A DNA stretch of 64,000 bases, from the NCBI GenBank assembly GCA_963833985.1, contig CAWIAD010000001.1, positions 2,528,001-2,592,000 on the forward strand. Reading direction: 5' to 3'. Below the pieces are notes generated by a model. The model saw only the letters and a list, made by a program, of their open reading frames with translations. It was not told the DNA's origin and searched no databases. Within the stretch, counting starts at the first letter, position 1; the number at the start of each line of letters is the position of its first letter. The position numbers and the translations under genes were made by a program. Shown here in pieces: positions 8,814 to 18,629 of this stretch. The DNA is from an uncultured Planctomycetaceae bacterium. Lineage in GTDB: Bacteria > Planctomycetota > Planctomycetia > Isosphaerales > Isosphaeraceae.

Positions 8814-10079
8814 GTGAGTGGTGCACTTGTCTCCGACCTTGGACTGGGCCCGGAAGTCTGGCTGTTCCTCTCGCTGCTGGCCTGCGTGACGGTCTTTTTC
8901 AAGTTCAACCGGCTCTGGAGCGTTCGCAACCTCGACTTGCTGCTCCTGTTCGTGCTCGTGCCGGGGATGATGCTAATTGTCGGTCACCAGCAAGGCCCAC
9001 CGTGGTCGGCCTTCATCTGGCTGTTCCTGGGGTCCGCAGCGTGGCTGGTACGCTGCCTCTTGGACCTGGGACTGGTGCGCCGGCCCTTGCTGGAACCGAA
9101 CCTGAACGCACCGGGGCTGCTCTGCCTGGCGATCGGCGTGCTCAGTCTGCTGCTTGCCGAGACAATCAGCTTGCCCGTGGAGGATGGCGCGGCCCGCAAC
9201 CCGGCCGAGCCGACCGGAGTCCGGGACGGGCGCAGCCCCTCTCCCGGAGCGGCCACCGAGAAGGCCGCCGAGATGAAGCATGCCATTGAGCCCTGGCTGC
9301 CGGAGACGCTCAAGGAGAAGCCTGTCCAGGTCGTCTTCTCGCGCGTGCTGGCCATTCTGGCACACAGCGGCCTGGTCACCGGCCTGATCCTCATCGGCTG
9401 GAAGCATTTCGATCGGCCGATCTCGGGCCTGGCCATGGCCGCCTGTTACCTGCTTTTGCCTTACACAAGGATGGCGGTGGTCGATAGCGGCCAGCTCATC
9501 TCCGCGGCGCTCATTATCCTGGCGGTGTTCTGGCATGCGCGGCCCTCGGTGACCGGTTCGCTCATCGGTCTGGCGGCCGGCTGGCTTCCAGCATGCCTGG
9601 GCCTGATCCCGCTCTGGGCCGGATTCTATCGGGGACGGGGCATGTACCGGTTCCTCATCGTCGCGTGTTCCGTGGCGGTCGTTTGCGCCCTCCTCGGCGT
9701 ATCGATCGCGGAGCTGGGCCGCTCGGCGCGCATGCTGGGAGCGCGCAGCATCGCCGAGGCCGGCCTGCTGCCCTGGTTCGAGCCGAAATCCACCGGCAGC
9801 TTCTGGGTGCGCATCGATACCGCGTTCCGGCTGCCCGTCCTGATCGCCTACCTGGCCCTGGTGATCGTGGTCACCCTCTGGCCCGCGCGGAAGAGTCTGG
9901 CCGAGCTGATTTCCCTGTCCGCGGCGCTCCTGGTGGCCAGCCAGTTCTGGTACCTGGACAAGGGTGGCGCGCTGGTGTTGCTCTACTTGCCACTGGTGAT
10001 CCTCATGATGTTCCGACCAACCATGGCTGCGCACCGTCCCCTGGCCGCACCCCTGCGCCCCGCCGCCACGAGGGTCTGA
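8814..10079 (+). CDS. polytopic membrane protein, possibly GT-C-like
   Basis: About 11 hydrophobic segments; starts 10 bp after rnc. Confidence 0.7.
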   Translation: MSGALVSDLGLGPEVWLFLSLLACVTVFFKFNRLWSVRNLDLLLLFVLVPGMMLIVGHQQGPPWSAFIWLFLGSAAWLVRCLLDLGLVRRPLLEPNLNAPGLLCLAIGVLSLLLAETISLPVEDGAARNPAEPTGVRDGRSPSPGAATEKAAEMKHAIEPWLPETLKEKPVQVVFSRVLAILAHSGLVTGLILIGWKHFDRPISGLAMAACYLLLPYTRMAVVDSGQLISAALIILAVFWHARPSVTGSLIGLAAGWLPACLGLIPLWAGFYRGRGMYRFLIVACSVAVVCALLGVSIAELGRSARMLGARSIAEAGLLPWFEPKSTGSFWVRIDTAFRLPVLIAYLALVIVVTLWPARKSLAELISLSAALLVASQFWYLDKGGALVLLYLPLVILMMFRPTMAAHRPLAAPLRPAATRV

Positions 10080-10122
10080 TTCAGACCGCGCCGGCCGATG
10101 CCGCGTGCGCTCCCGTCAAATG

Positions 10123-10890
10123 TCAGCGTCTACGGACCGCCGGCAAGACCTTCACGAACGCGGGCACCTGGGCGTCCAGATAGACCGTCAGCGGGTTCCG
10201 CGGCAACGCGCCTCCCAGGTTCACGTTCGGGTCGGGACCCAGGTCGCGGAGGATCGCCTGCTGGTCGGCCACGATCCTGGCATGCTCGGCCGTCGTCACG
10301 CTCGCCTCGCGGGCGATCAGCCTCATCTGGTTGAATGTGTCCTGCACAAGCTGGTTCGAGACGACACCGTTGGGCATCGTGGCCTTCACACTGGACTGGT
10401 TCATGACCTGGTTGACGATCACCCCCGTGAGGCTTGCGGCCACCTTCTGCTCGAGCTGCTTCCAGCCCCCACTCCGGTAGGTTCCCGCCAGGAAGGATTG
10501 ATCGAGCACATTCTGAAGCTCGTTCATCTGCAAGGTGGCCTGCCGTACGGAGATGGTGGACGCCGTCTCGATCGCGTGGTCGAGCGTAGCGATGTCACTC
10601 TCCAGGACCGCGAACTCCCCCTTGCGAACCTGGGAAGCCTGCTCGATACGCTGAAGGTCGGCAGTCAGGACCTGAAAGTCGGAACCTGCCTGGTTTTGCA
10701 GGATCGCCTGGGCGTTGGCCGCCTCTCCCGAGGGCGGGGCCAGAAGGTCGTTGTGCACGACGCCAGAGAGCATTTGCCGTGGTTCCAGGCCGATGGTCGA
10801 GGTGAAGCTTTGAGACCGGCACCGACGCCGTTCGCGGCGTCCTGAGGTAGGGCCGGGCCGATCTTTCCGTCCTGGCCATGGAAATCGCAT
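10123..10890 (-). CDS. secreted protein with planctomycete LEPR-xLL-type motif
   Basis: Basic N-terminus followed by GLEPRQMLS; GGAG upstream of the ATG. Confidence 0.75.
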   Translation of the reverse strand: MRFPWPGRKDRPGPTSGRRERRRCRSQSFTSTIGLEPRQMLSGVVHNDLLAPPSGEAANAQAILQNQAGSDFQVLTADLQRIEQASQVRKGEFAVLESDIATLDHAIETASTISVRQATLQMNELQNVLDQSFLAGTYRSGGWKQLEQKVAASLTGVIVNQVMNQSSVKATMPNGVVSNQLVQDTFNQMRLIAREASVTTAEHARIVADQQAILRDLGPDPNVNLGGALPRNPLTVYLDAQVPAFVKVLPAVRRR

Positions 10891-11165
10891 CGCATGTCTC
10901 CACGCAGGGCGTGAGGGTTCCATCCTGGCGGATCGCTCCATCTGTTTCTCAGGGCTTCCTTTCGTATCGGCTCTGCCGGTTGTGACACTTGAACCAGCCG
11001 TGGAAGAATGTCCGATTCCTCCCTCCGGGAAGCCGATGCGCCCGGTCGCCTCACAGGGTCGTCAGCACAAGGTCCATCGCGTAGGATGGTTCGCGGGGGT
11101 GCTTGTGACCAGCCAGGATTGGACCATCGGACATGCGGCGAGAGCGGGAGAGCATCGGCCGAATC

Positions 11166-11758
11166 ATGATCGGTGTTACCGCGCTGGTATGCCACGGGTT
11201 GGCGTCCTCCGGCGCGTCCCCATGCTCGGCGGTCGCGCCGGGGACCCGCGATGCGGCGATGGAGCGCATCTTTGTTCGGCTCGAACCGCGCCGATTGAGC
11301 CACCCATCAGCATTGTGCATTGGCGGCTGCTGCGCAATGAGATCCGCAGGTGGACGCGTGAACGTGCCATGCCCGTCGAGGATACGTTCGAGGAGTGGGC
11401 GTTCGGGGGCGAGCCGGAAGAGAAGCGATTTCGCGAGCAGCTCTCCAGGCTGCTGGAGACCAAGCTGGAAACCGTGAGCCAGTACTTCGCGCTCTCGGAG
11501 GTACAGCGCAAAAAGCTGCACCTGGCGGGACTTGGCGATGTCAAGCACCTGCTCGACCGCGTTCATGAATCCCGCCAGGCGTTCGCGGGGGCCTGTGCAG
11601 ACATCCGCCTGCTTCCCTTGCTGCAAACCCGGTTGAGGGTGGTCGAGGACCAGATCAGCAGCGGCCCCTTCGAGTCGGGCTCGATGCTTCTCAAGACGCT
11701 CCGCAAAATGTCGAACGAGCTCGAGCTGCGGCCCAGGGAGAATTCACCCCCGGGTTGA
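11166..11758 (+). CDS. hypothetical helical protein; 5' end uncertain, possible frameshift
   Basis: Protein-like C-terminal part of ORF 10982..11758 (FEEWAFGG..LSEVQRKKLHLAGLGDVKHLLDRV); a signal-like segment lies in another frame. Confidence 0.5.
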
Positions 11759-11903
11759 GCCGCGTTTCCCCAGCGACGTTGCATCGGCCTTTCGGCTTCC
11801 GTGGCACACGTGCGAGACGGCCCGGCATGAGATGGTAAGGGGCATCGCCGGAGAGCCCCCTTGATCTGCGCACGGCTGTGAGCCCTCATTGTGGAGCCGC
11901 ATC

Positions 11904-12290
11904 ATGAAAACCTTCCGCGAACACTTGCTGTATCTTGCTCCAAGAGTCCTGTGTGTGCTCTTTGCTCTCTTTTTGAGCCTCTTCGCCCTGGATGTCTTCC
12001 AGGACGGCCTTGGCTTCTGGAAAACCTTGCTGGCGCTCATGATTCACTTGATTCCCGTGTTCCTTGTGCTGGCCATCCTGGCTATTGCCTGGCGCTGGGA
12101 ATGGGCGGGCGCGGTGCTGCTCGCCGGCCTCGGGATGTATTACCTGGTCAGCACCAGGCTGCACATGCACTGGACCGCTTATGCCCTGATCTGCGGTCCT
12201 CTCTTCGTCATCAGCGCGCTGTTTCTGGCCGGATGGATCTCGAGAAAAAACCGGATGCGGAAACTCCCGGAGAATTTACTGGACACATGA
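11904..12290 (+). CDS. small 4-TM membrane protein
   Basis: APRVLCVLFALFLSLFALDVF..LMIHLIP..IAWRWEWAG; GGAG RBS. Confidence 0.8.
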   Translation: MKTFREHLLYLAPRVLCVLFALFLSLFALDVFQDGLGFWKTLLALMIHLIPVFLVLAILAIAWRWEWAGAVLLAGLGMYYLVSTRLHMHWTAYALICGPLFVISALFLAGWISRKNRMRKLPENLLDT

Positions 12291-12353
12291 GTAGTCCCAG
12301 GGCATACTGCTGCGAGTTCAACTATCTCTTTGTTCACCGAGGAGGCCAGAAGT

Positions 12354-12926
12354 ATGAACGCTCGACCAGGGCTGGCGAGGATCGGATTGGCGGCAGCCGC
12401 GATGTTCCTGCTGGCACAAGTGCTGGTTGCTCAGGAGATGCCAGCGCCCAAACCCACCGCGGAGCACGAACAGCTTGCGGCCGATGCGGGAACCTGGGAC
12501 GCAACCATCAAGGTCTGGGAGCCGGGAGGACAGTCGGAACCGGCGGTCTCCAAGGGCGTGGAGACGAACAGGCGGATGCCGGGTGGGTTGTGGATGCTCA
12601 GCGAGTTTCATGGCCAGTTCGGCGGCGTGGCGTTTCACGGCCAGGGCCAGACCGGCTATGACCCGCTCAAGAAGAAGTATGTCGGCACGTGGGTCGACTC
12701 GCTGTCTCCCTCAATGATGGTCATGGAAGGGGACCTTGACCCCAAGACGAACACTCTCGTCATGCACGCCAAGGGGACCGCGCCCAATGGCTCGCCTTAC
12801 GAGGCGCGCATGACGAGCGTGAGAAATGACAAGGAATCTCGTGTTTTCACGATGTCGATGAAGATGCAAGAGGGAGGCGAATTCGTGAAGATGATGGAGA
12901 TCACCTATCGCAAGCGGCCCGAGTGA
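12354..12926 (+). CDS. DUF1579-family secreted protein
   Basis: Signal peptide; PKPTAEHEQL..GTWD, GYDPLKKKYVGTWVDS, MMEITY; GGAGG RBS. Confidence 0.85.
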   Translation: MNARPGLARIGLAAAAMFLLAQVLVAQEMPAPKPTAEHEQLAADAGTWDATIKVWEPGGQSEPAVSKGVETNRRMPGGLWMLSEFHGQFGGVAFHGQGQTGYDPLKKKYVGTWVDSLSPSMMVMEGDLDPKTNTLVMHAKGTAPNGSPYEARMTSVRNDKESRVFTMSMKMQEGGEFVKMMEITYRKRPE

Positions 12927-12947
12927 GCCTGACGCGCGCAGGGGGGT

Positions 12948-14084
12948 CTAGGGCTGCTCAGGGAGCGGATGGCTGCCCAAGGCAACAAGCCAGTTCGTCA
13001 CGGCCGCCCCGACACGGCGGATGCTCAGCGAGAATTGTTTACCCAGCGGACCGCCGAAGTGGAACGCCAGCCACTCGACGGCCCGCGTGTTCACTTCGGC
13101 AACCAGGCCGATGAACGGATGGAGCTTCACACTCTCCATGCCGCCTGCCACCTGAGCGTACATCGAGGTCCGCGTCCGGCCGCCCGACTTGCAGTAGATC
13201 GCGAAGTTCTCGCAGTTGAACTTCAGCAGACTGTAGGGGTATGTTTTCCCGACCTCGGAAAGGGCGGTTTCCGCGATGGTTGGCACCGGCACCGGCGTCA
13301 GGTCCGGGTAGGTCCAGTGCTGCGGAATCCGATCCTCCAGGAACCGCTCCCAGGTGACGCGATGGACATGGTTGTCGTTGAGGTAGTGCACGATCTCGCC
13401 ATCGCCAATGTAGACGCCCAGGTGAAAGGCGGTCCCGAAGTAGACCGCGTAAAGCTCGCCCGCCTCGGGCTCGAGCGCGCCGGGCTCGTAAACTAAAGGC
13501 GCACTCGAGTGCGGCGAGCGCAGGGCGATCCAGCTCAGCGTGCCACCAAAGAGCATGAGCTTCATGCCCACGAAGACTCCGGCCCAGCGCAGGGTCTCGC
13601 CGGTCAGGTTCAGGAGGATCACCAGGCTGATGGCCAGGGTGGCCAGGCCGGCGGCCAGCAGCAGCTTGCCGCCATGCAGGGTTGGCGACCGCAGCGCCAT
13701 GTCCAGCAACACCAGAGCCTCCAGCAAAAAGAGCAGCCCCAACACCAGCGTGACGATGCGCACCGAGCCCCGCCAGTGATTCATGAGGACCAGGCCCATC
13801 GCCACGTCAATGGCCACTTGGAGCAAGATGGCCGGCCACGATCGTTCGCGTTCGGCCGCGCGGCGCAGGCCGACGAGCAGTTGAAAGCCCTTGAGGACGC
13901 CGGAGACCACGAGCACGACCCCGACCAGCCAGGACAGCGAGCCGAAGAGGAAAAAGGGCAGGGCCGACGCCAGCGCGCCGAGAACCAGGCAGGACATGCC
14001 GACGGCCAGCAGGATGCCTCGGCTGAGGCCGAACTGGTGTTCGATTCGATTGACGATCGTCGAGACATTCGTATGCAGGCTCAT
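12948..14084 (-). CDS. HdeD/DUF308-like membrane domain fused to LRAT/NC (NlpC/P60 superfamily) domain
   Basis: Six N-terminal TMs; C-terminal FHLGVYIGDGEIVHY and YSLLKFNCENFAIYCKSG. Confidence 0.85.
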   Translation of the reverse strand: MSLHTNVSTIVNRIEHQFGLSRGILLAVGMSCLVLGALASALPFFLFGSLSWLVGVVLVVSGVLKGFQLLVGLRRAAERERSWPAILLQVAIDVAMGLVLMNHWRGSVRIVTLVLGLLFLLEALVLLDMALRSPTLHGGKLLLAAGLATLAISLVILLNLTGETLRWAGVFVGMKLMLFGGTLSWIALRSPHSSAPLVYEPGALEPEAGELYAVYFGTAFHLGVYIGDGEIVHYLNDNHVHRVTWERFLEDRIPQHWTYPDLTPVPVPTIAETALSEVGKTYPYSLLKFNCENFAIYCKSGGRTRTSMYAQVAGGMESVKLHPFIGLVAEVNTRAVEWLAFHFGGPLGKQFSLSIRRVGAAVTNWLVALGSHPLPEQP

Positions 14085-14917
14085 GTTGCCTCGTGGCCTG
14101 GCTGGCCCGTTCTTGGTTCCCGTTCGAGAACGAATTCCAGGGTTGTCCGGATGACGTCTGCACGCTCGTAGTCGAGCGCCACCAGGTGGTCCGTGCGGTC
14201 GAGCATGACGAGCCGCTTGTCTGCTGCCCCCAAGTTGCGGTATAGCCAGGCGGCATTGTCCGGTTCGACGACGGTATCCAACCGCCCCTGCAAGATCAGC
14301 GTGGGCGTGGGAATGGAGGGCACCAGCGGCTTGACCCGGTCGATCAGCTCCAGCGCGCTACAGGCCGCGTTCAGGTTGAAGGTGCGGAATCGATCGTTGC
14401 CCGCAGCCCAGGCTCTCATCACTGGATCGCGCACCGCTGGCGGCCTGCGCGGCAGGTCCGGAATGAGCCGCGCCAGGTGCCGCAGGTAAGACGCCGGACG
14501 CAAGGGGACGAACCGGGTGTAGCGGATGGCCAGGAAAGGAGCCATCAGCACCTGCCGGGCCACGGCTCTGCGGCTGGCGAGGTCGAGTGCGAGCGTGCCG
14601 CCGGTCGAGAAGCCAATGACGGCCACGGGCCCGCCCCCCCTGCAAAGACCATCGTAGGCGCGTTCCACTGCTGCCGCCCAGTCTTCCCAGCACGAGGCCG
14701 GCATGACTGGCCCCGGGCCTTCATGACCCGGCAGCACAGGCGCCTCCACGCGCAATCCAGCACCGCGGAGGGCAACAATCAGCGGCTCCAGCTCATACAG
14801 GCCTCCGCCCAGGCCGTGCAGTACCAGGCAACTGACGGACTTGCTTCCGCGGGTCAGATCAGGATTGCTGACCGCGGCCGGAGGCTCCGCATTGCATGTG
14901 CGGCCTGCCTGCTCCAT
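14081..14917 (-). CDS. alpha/beta hydrolase (carboxylesterase/monoacylglycerol lipase-like)
   Basis: LVLHGLGG, LPGH, GFSTGG nucleophile elbow, QGRLDTVV, TDHLV; stop overlaps the next start (ATGA). Confidence 0.9.
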   Translation of the reverse strand: MEQAGRTCNAEPPAAVSNPDLTRGSKSVSCLVLHGLGGGLYELEPLIVALRGAGLRVEAPVLPGHEGPGPVMPASCWEDWAAAVERAYDGLCRGGGPVAVIGFSTGGTLALDLASRRAVARQVLMAPFLAIRYTRFVPLRPASYLRHLARLIPDLPRRPPAVRDPVMRAWAAGNDRFRTFNLNAACSALELIDRVKPLVPSIPTPTLILQGRLDTVVEPDNAAWLYRNLGAADKRLVMLDRTDHLVALDYERADVIRTTLEFVLEREPRTGQPGHEAT

Positions 14918-15204
14918 GTGTCGAACCGCCCAGGTATTCGTCCCGCACAAGGCGGATCCACGTTGACCGCCCCCGGATCTCCGGTAAGGACGAGAACCTG
15001 CTTCCTGTTATAGGGGTATCAGATCCCGGAGCCCGCCTCAACCCGCGAGCACCGGGCTGACGGCAAGTCTCCGGGCGGAACCGGATCAAGTGGTTGGCGG
15101 CGAGATCTCACCCCGTGCTCCGCGAGAAGTGCGTCCTTTTGCCGGTTGGGCGCGAAAGGTGGGCGGGACGCTGCTTGCAGGTTTGCCGAGATTCCACCCG
15201 CCAA

Positions 15205-15232
15205 TTGATTCGCGCTGGCCATCTGGTAAATT
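15205..15232 (+). promoter_or_regulatory. candidate sigma70-type promoter
   Basis: TTGATT-N16-TAAATT with TG at the extended -10 position; AT-rich island in a GC-rich context. Confidence 0.45.
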
Positions 15233-15239
15233 AATGAAT

Positions 15240-15470
15240 CTCTCACACGCCTTGACCGGCGCGTGGGTTCGATCGTCGGCGCCGGGATCGGCAGGGAGCT
15301 CTCGTGGCTTCCGCGCGCCATCCAGACGTGGGCGAGCGCGAAGAGTACGATTTCCTGGCTTTCGACTGCCTGCCGCCTGGAGGGTGCCAACTGGTCCCGA
15401 AGAGACCTTCCGGCGGGTGCGGATGGCAGAAGCTGACACATTTCAACCGACAACGACAACCGCGCTGAGC
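15240..15470 (+). ncRNA. candidate structured RNA, possibly 6S RNA
   Basis: Non-coding and directly after a promoter-like motif. Imperfect end pairing GCGTGGGTTCGATCGTCGG / CCGACAACGACAACCGCGC plus internal stems. Lies upstream of rny-ymdB, a known ssrS context. Confidence 0.35.
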
Positions 15471-15511
15471 GCGAAGGCAGTGGTGTTCGGGTGGTAAGCG
15501 GCTGGAGCGTG

Positions 15512-15940
15512 ATGAACCTGACGCTGGCCTTGATGCTGGCCGCATGGACCGGTCTGGGGCTCCCGGGCTGGAGGCGGGTCAGGAAGTCGCGGACCGCGGG
15601 CAGGTTGGCCTCGTCCGCTGCGGCGCGCCGGCTCCGGCCGGCCGATGACCAGCGCAGCTCCGCGGGGCGCTCGGGAACTCGAGTCCGAAACACGGTCTCG
15701 CCCCGGACAGCCGCCGGCTCCCCTGCCTCCACGTCTGACCGCGCGCGGATTGATCCCGTGATTGGTGTGGGTGCAAGGGTTCCCTGCGCCTGCCTTTCCT
15801 GTTTGCGGCAGGGTCTCTGCCGGGTCCTCCTCGCGTTGCGAGCGCGGACGTTCACGGTGTTGGAAGAGTGTCCCCTGCGCTTCGCGCTCGCCGTTCGGTC
15901 TGGTTTCGCCGTCCGCTCCGCTTGCAGCCCTGGCGTCTGA
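15512..15940 (+). CDS. hypothetical protein (doubtful)
   Basis: GGAG then MNLTLALMLAAWTGLGLPGW hydrophobic start; the remainder is Arg-rich and low in information. Confidence 0.25.
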   Translation: MNLTLALMLAAWTGLGLPGWRRVRKSRTAGRLASSAAARRLRPADDQRSSAGRSGTRVRNTVSPRTAAGSPASTSDRARIDPVIGVGARVPCACLSCLRQGLCRVLLALRARTFTVLEECPLRFALAVRSGFAVRSACSPGV

Positions 15941-16089
15941 TCGTCCCCGGCCCGCCTTGCGCGGGACTGGCCACGCGATCCTTGTCCGGGCGGCCTCGAG
16001 CAAGCGCCTGCCCCGGTGAACAACATTCTTCCGAGCCAGGCATGTCGAATGTTTGAAGTGAAAGGCCGGGCGGCGCCGTGGACGGACCG

Positions 16090-17636
16090 ATGATTGGGGG
16101 ATTGGCCGGGCTGATCCTGGGTATGCTGGGCGGCACCGCCGGAGCTTACCTGATGGGCCGCCTGCGCCGCCAGACCGCCCGCGGGCTGGCCGAGCAGTTA
16201 CTCACCAGCGCCCATCGCGAGGCGGATACCATTCGCATGCAGGCCGAGCTCCTGGCCAAGGAAGACACGCTGCGGCGCCGCGAGGAGCTCGACCGCGAGC
16301 TCGAAGAAGCACGCAGGGGCCTGCGCGAGCAGGAGCGGAAACTCGAAAAACGCAGCGATCTGCTGGACCAGAAGCTCGAGATGATCAATCGCAAGGACCG
16401 CGAGTTCGAGTCGATACAACATTATCTCACCGAGCAGCAAGAAGAAGTTCAAAAGCGGCATCTCGACCTGAAACAGATCCAGACCGAACAGCGCGAGCTG
16501 CTGCACAAGATCGGCCGGCTTGGCCCCGAGGAGGCGCGGACGATGCTGCTGGGGCGGATCCACGACGAGCTCAGGGGAGAGATCGGCGCGGTCGTTATGC
16601 GGCACGACGCGGCCGTGCGCGAGACCTGCCAGCAGCGAGCCCGCGAGATCCTCACGACGACAATCCAGCGCTATGCCGCGGCCCACACCGCCGAGGTCAC
16701 CGTGAGCACGATCGACATTCCCAGCGACGAGATGAAGGGACGCATCATCGGCCGCGAGGGCCGCAACATTCGGGCCTTCGAGAAGGCCACCGGTGTGGAT
16801 GTGATCGTGGACGACACGCCGGGCGTGGTTGTGGTGACGGGCTTTGACAGCGTCCGCCGCGAGATCGCCAAGATTGCCCTCGAAGAAGCTGATCCAGGAC
16901 GGCCGCATTCATCCGACCCGGATCGAGGAGATCGTCCGGGACACCCAGGAAGAAATGGAGCAGCATATTCGCCGCATTGGCCAGGAAGCCGCGCAAGAGG
17001 CCGAGGTTCCAAACCTCAACGACAGGCTGCTGGACTACCTGGGCCGGCTCAAGTTCCGCACCAGTTATTCCCAGAACGTGCTCAGGCACTCCATCGAGGT
17101 GGCGTTCCTGACCGGCATGATGGCCGAGGAGATTGGCCTCAACGGCGGCGCTGGGCCGGCGCTGCGGGCTGCTGCACGACATCGGCAAGGCGGCCGATCA
17201 TGAGATGGAGGGGGGGCACCCCGCCGTCGGAGCCGAGCTCGCCAAGCGCTACGGAGAGGGCCCGCAGGTGGTCCATGCCGCGCTGGGACATCACGACGAC
17301 CTTCGGGTGGATGCCCCGTACACGGTGCTGGTGGCCGCGGCGGACGCCATCAGTGCCAGCCGCCCGGGTGCCCGCCGCGAGACGCTCGAAAAGTACGTGC
17401 GCCGGCTCGAGGAGCTGGAGGCGCTGGCCCTGGGCTTCCCCGGCGTCGAGCACGCGTACGCCATCCAGGCGGGCCGGGAGGTCCGGGTCATCGTGGATAG
17501 CCAGCTCCTCGACGATGCCGGATCGGCGTCCCTCTGCCGCGACGTGGCCCGGGCCATCCAGAGCCAGCTCAACTATCCCGGCGAGGTGAAAGTGACCGTC
17601 CTGCGGGAGACGCGCGCGGTCGAGTTCGCGCGCTAG
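16090..17636 (+). CDS. rny: ribonuclease Y; two apparent frameshifts near 16885 and 17150
   Basis: N-terminal TM and coiled coil, KH motif [16 protein letters not shown]; then [24 protein letters not shown]; then HD domain [35 protein letters not shown], spread over three frames. Confidence 0.95.
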
Positions 17637-17684
17637 ACGAGCAAGCCAGCAAGGCATGGTTTCCTTCCAGAGAGCGAGCCGCGC

Positions 17685-18542
17685 ATGCCACTGAAGATCC
17701 TGTTCATCGGCGACGTCGTCGGTTCGCCGGGACGCAAGATCGTCTGTCAGGCGCTGCCGCGGCTGATCCTGCGCTGGCAACTCGGCCTGGTGGTCTGCAA
17801 TGCCGAGAACGCCGCCGGTGGCTCTGGGCTCACGGTTCGCTGCTTCGAGGAGCTGATGGACGCCGGGGCCGACGTCCTGACCATGGGTGACCATGTCTAT
17901 CGCAAGGATGAGATCTTCAAGGTCTTCGAACGCACGGAGCGGGTCCTGCGACCAGCCAATTTGCCGCTCGACGCTCCGGGGCCCGAGCTGGCCCTGGTCC
18001 AGGCCCGCGACGGTACCACGGCCGCCGTTTTCACCGTGCTTGGCCGCACGTTCATGCGGCCCGTGGACTGTCCCTTCCGCGCCGCGGACCGGCTCATCGA
18101 TCAGCTCCGCGGGACCGCACGGGTCGTGGTCGTGGACGTCCATGCCGAGGCCACCAGCGACAAACAGCTTCTTGGCCGCTACCTGGATGGCCGCGTGTCG
18201 GCCGTACTGGGCACCCACACCCACGTCACCACCGCCGATGAGCATATTCTCAAGCAAGGTACCGCTTACCAGACGGACGTGGGCATGACAGGCCCGCACG
18301 ACTCGATCATCGGCCGCCGCTATGACCGTGTCCTGAGCACTGCCCTGACGGCCGTCCCCGCGTACTTCGACGTGGCCACCGGCGACCCGCAACTCCACGC
18401 GACGCTCGTCTCCGTCGATCCCGAAACGGGCAAAGCGCTGGAGATCCAGCGGGTGAGTATTGATCACGAGGAATCTCACAGGCTTCTGACTCAGGCACCC
18501 GAGCCGCCACAGCCACAACCGCCTCCGTCCCGTTCCCCTTGA
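17685..18542 (+). CDS. ymdB: YmdB/TIGR00282 metallophosphoesterase
   Basis: ILFIGDVVGSPG, NAENAAGG, DVHAEATSDK, GTHTHV, TDVGMTGP; directly follows rny. Confidence 0.93.
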   Translation: MPLKILFIGDVVGSPGRKIVCQALPRLILRWQLGLVVCNAENAAGGSGLTVRCFEELMDAGADVLTMGDHVYRKDEIFKVFERTERVLRPANLPLDAPGPELALVQARDGTTAAVFTVLGRTFMRPVDCPFRAADRLIDQLRGTARVVVVDVHAEATSDKQLLGRYLDGRVSAVLGTHTHVTTADEHILKQGTAYQTDVGMTGPHDSIIGRRYDRVLSTALTAVPAYFDVATGDPQLHATLVSVDPETGKALEIQRVSIDHEESHRLLTQAPEPPQPQPPPSRSP

Positions 18543-18629
18543 GGCTCATTGCCGGACTGGAGGCACTGCGTCCATTCCCCCGGCCCCGGTGTTGCAAGAC
18601 CTCCGGAGCCGGAGCCGTCTTCCCGTCCC

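Noticed and set aside
15375..15420. RNase P RNA (GGGTGCCA-like motif)
   Set aside because: The GAGGAAAGTCC and 3' CAGAA..CGGCTTA P4 signatures are absent.
16090..17636. Programmed frameshifting or true pseudogene of rny (likewise mgtE, nagA, ubiB)
   Set aside because: There are no slippery heptamers, and similar indels occur across the window in otherwise intact genes.
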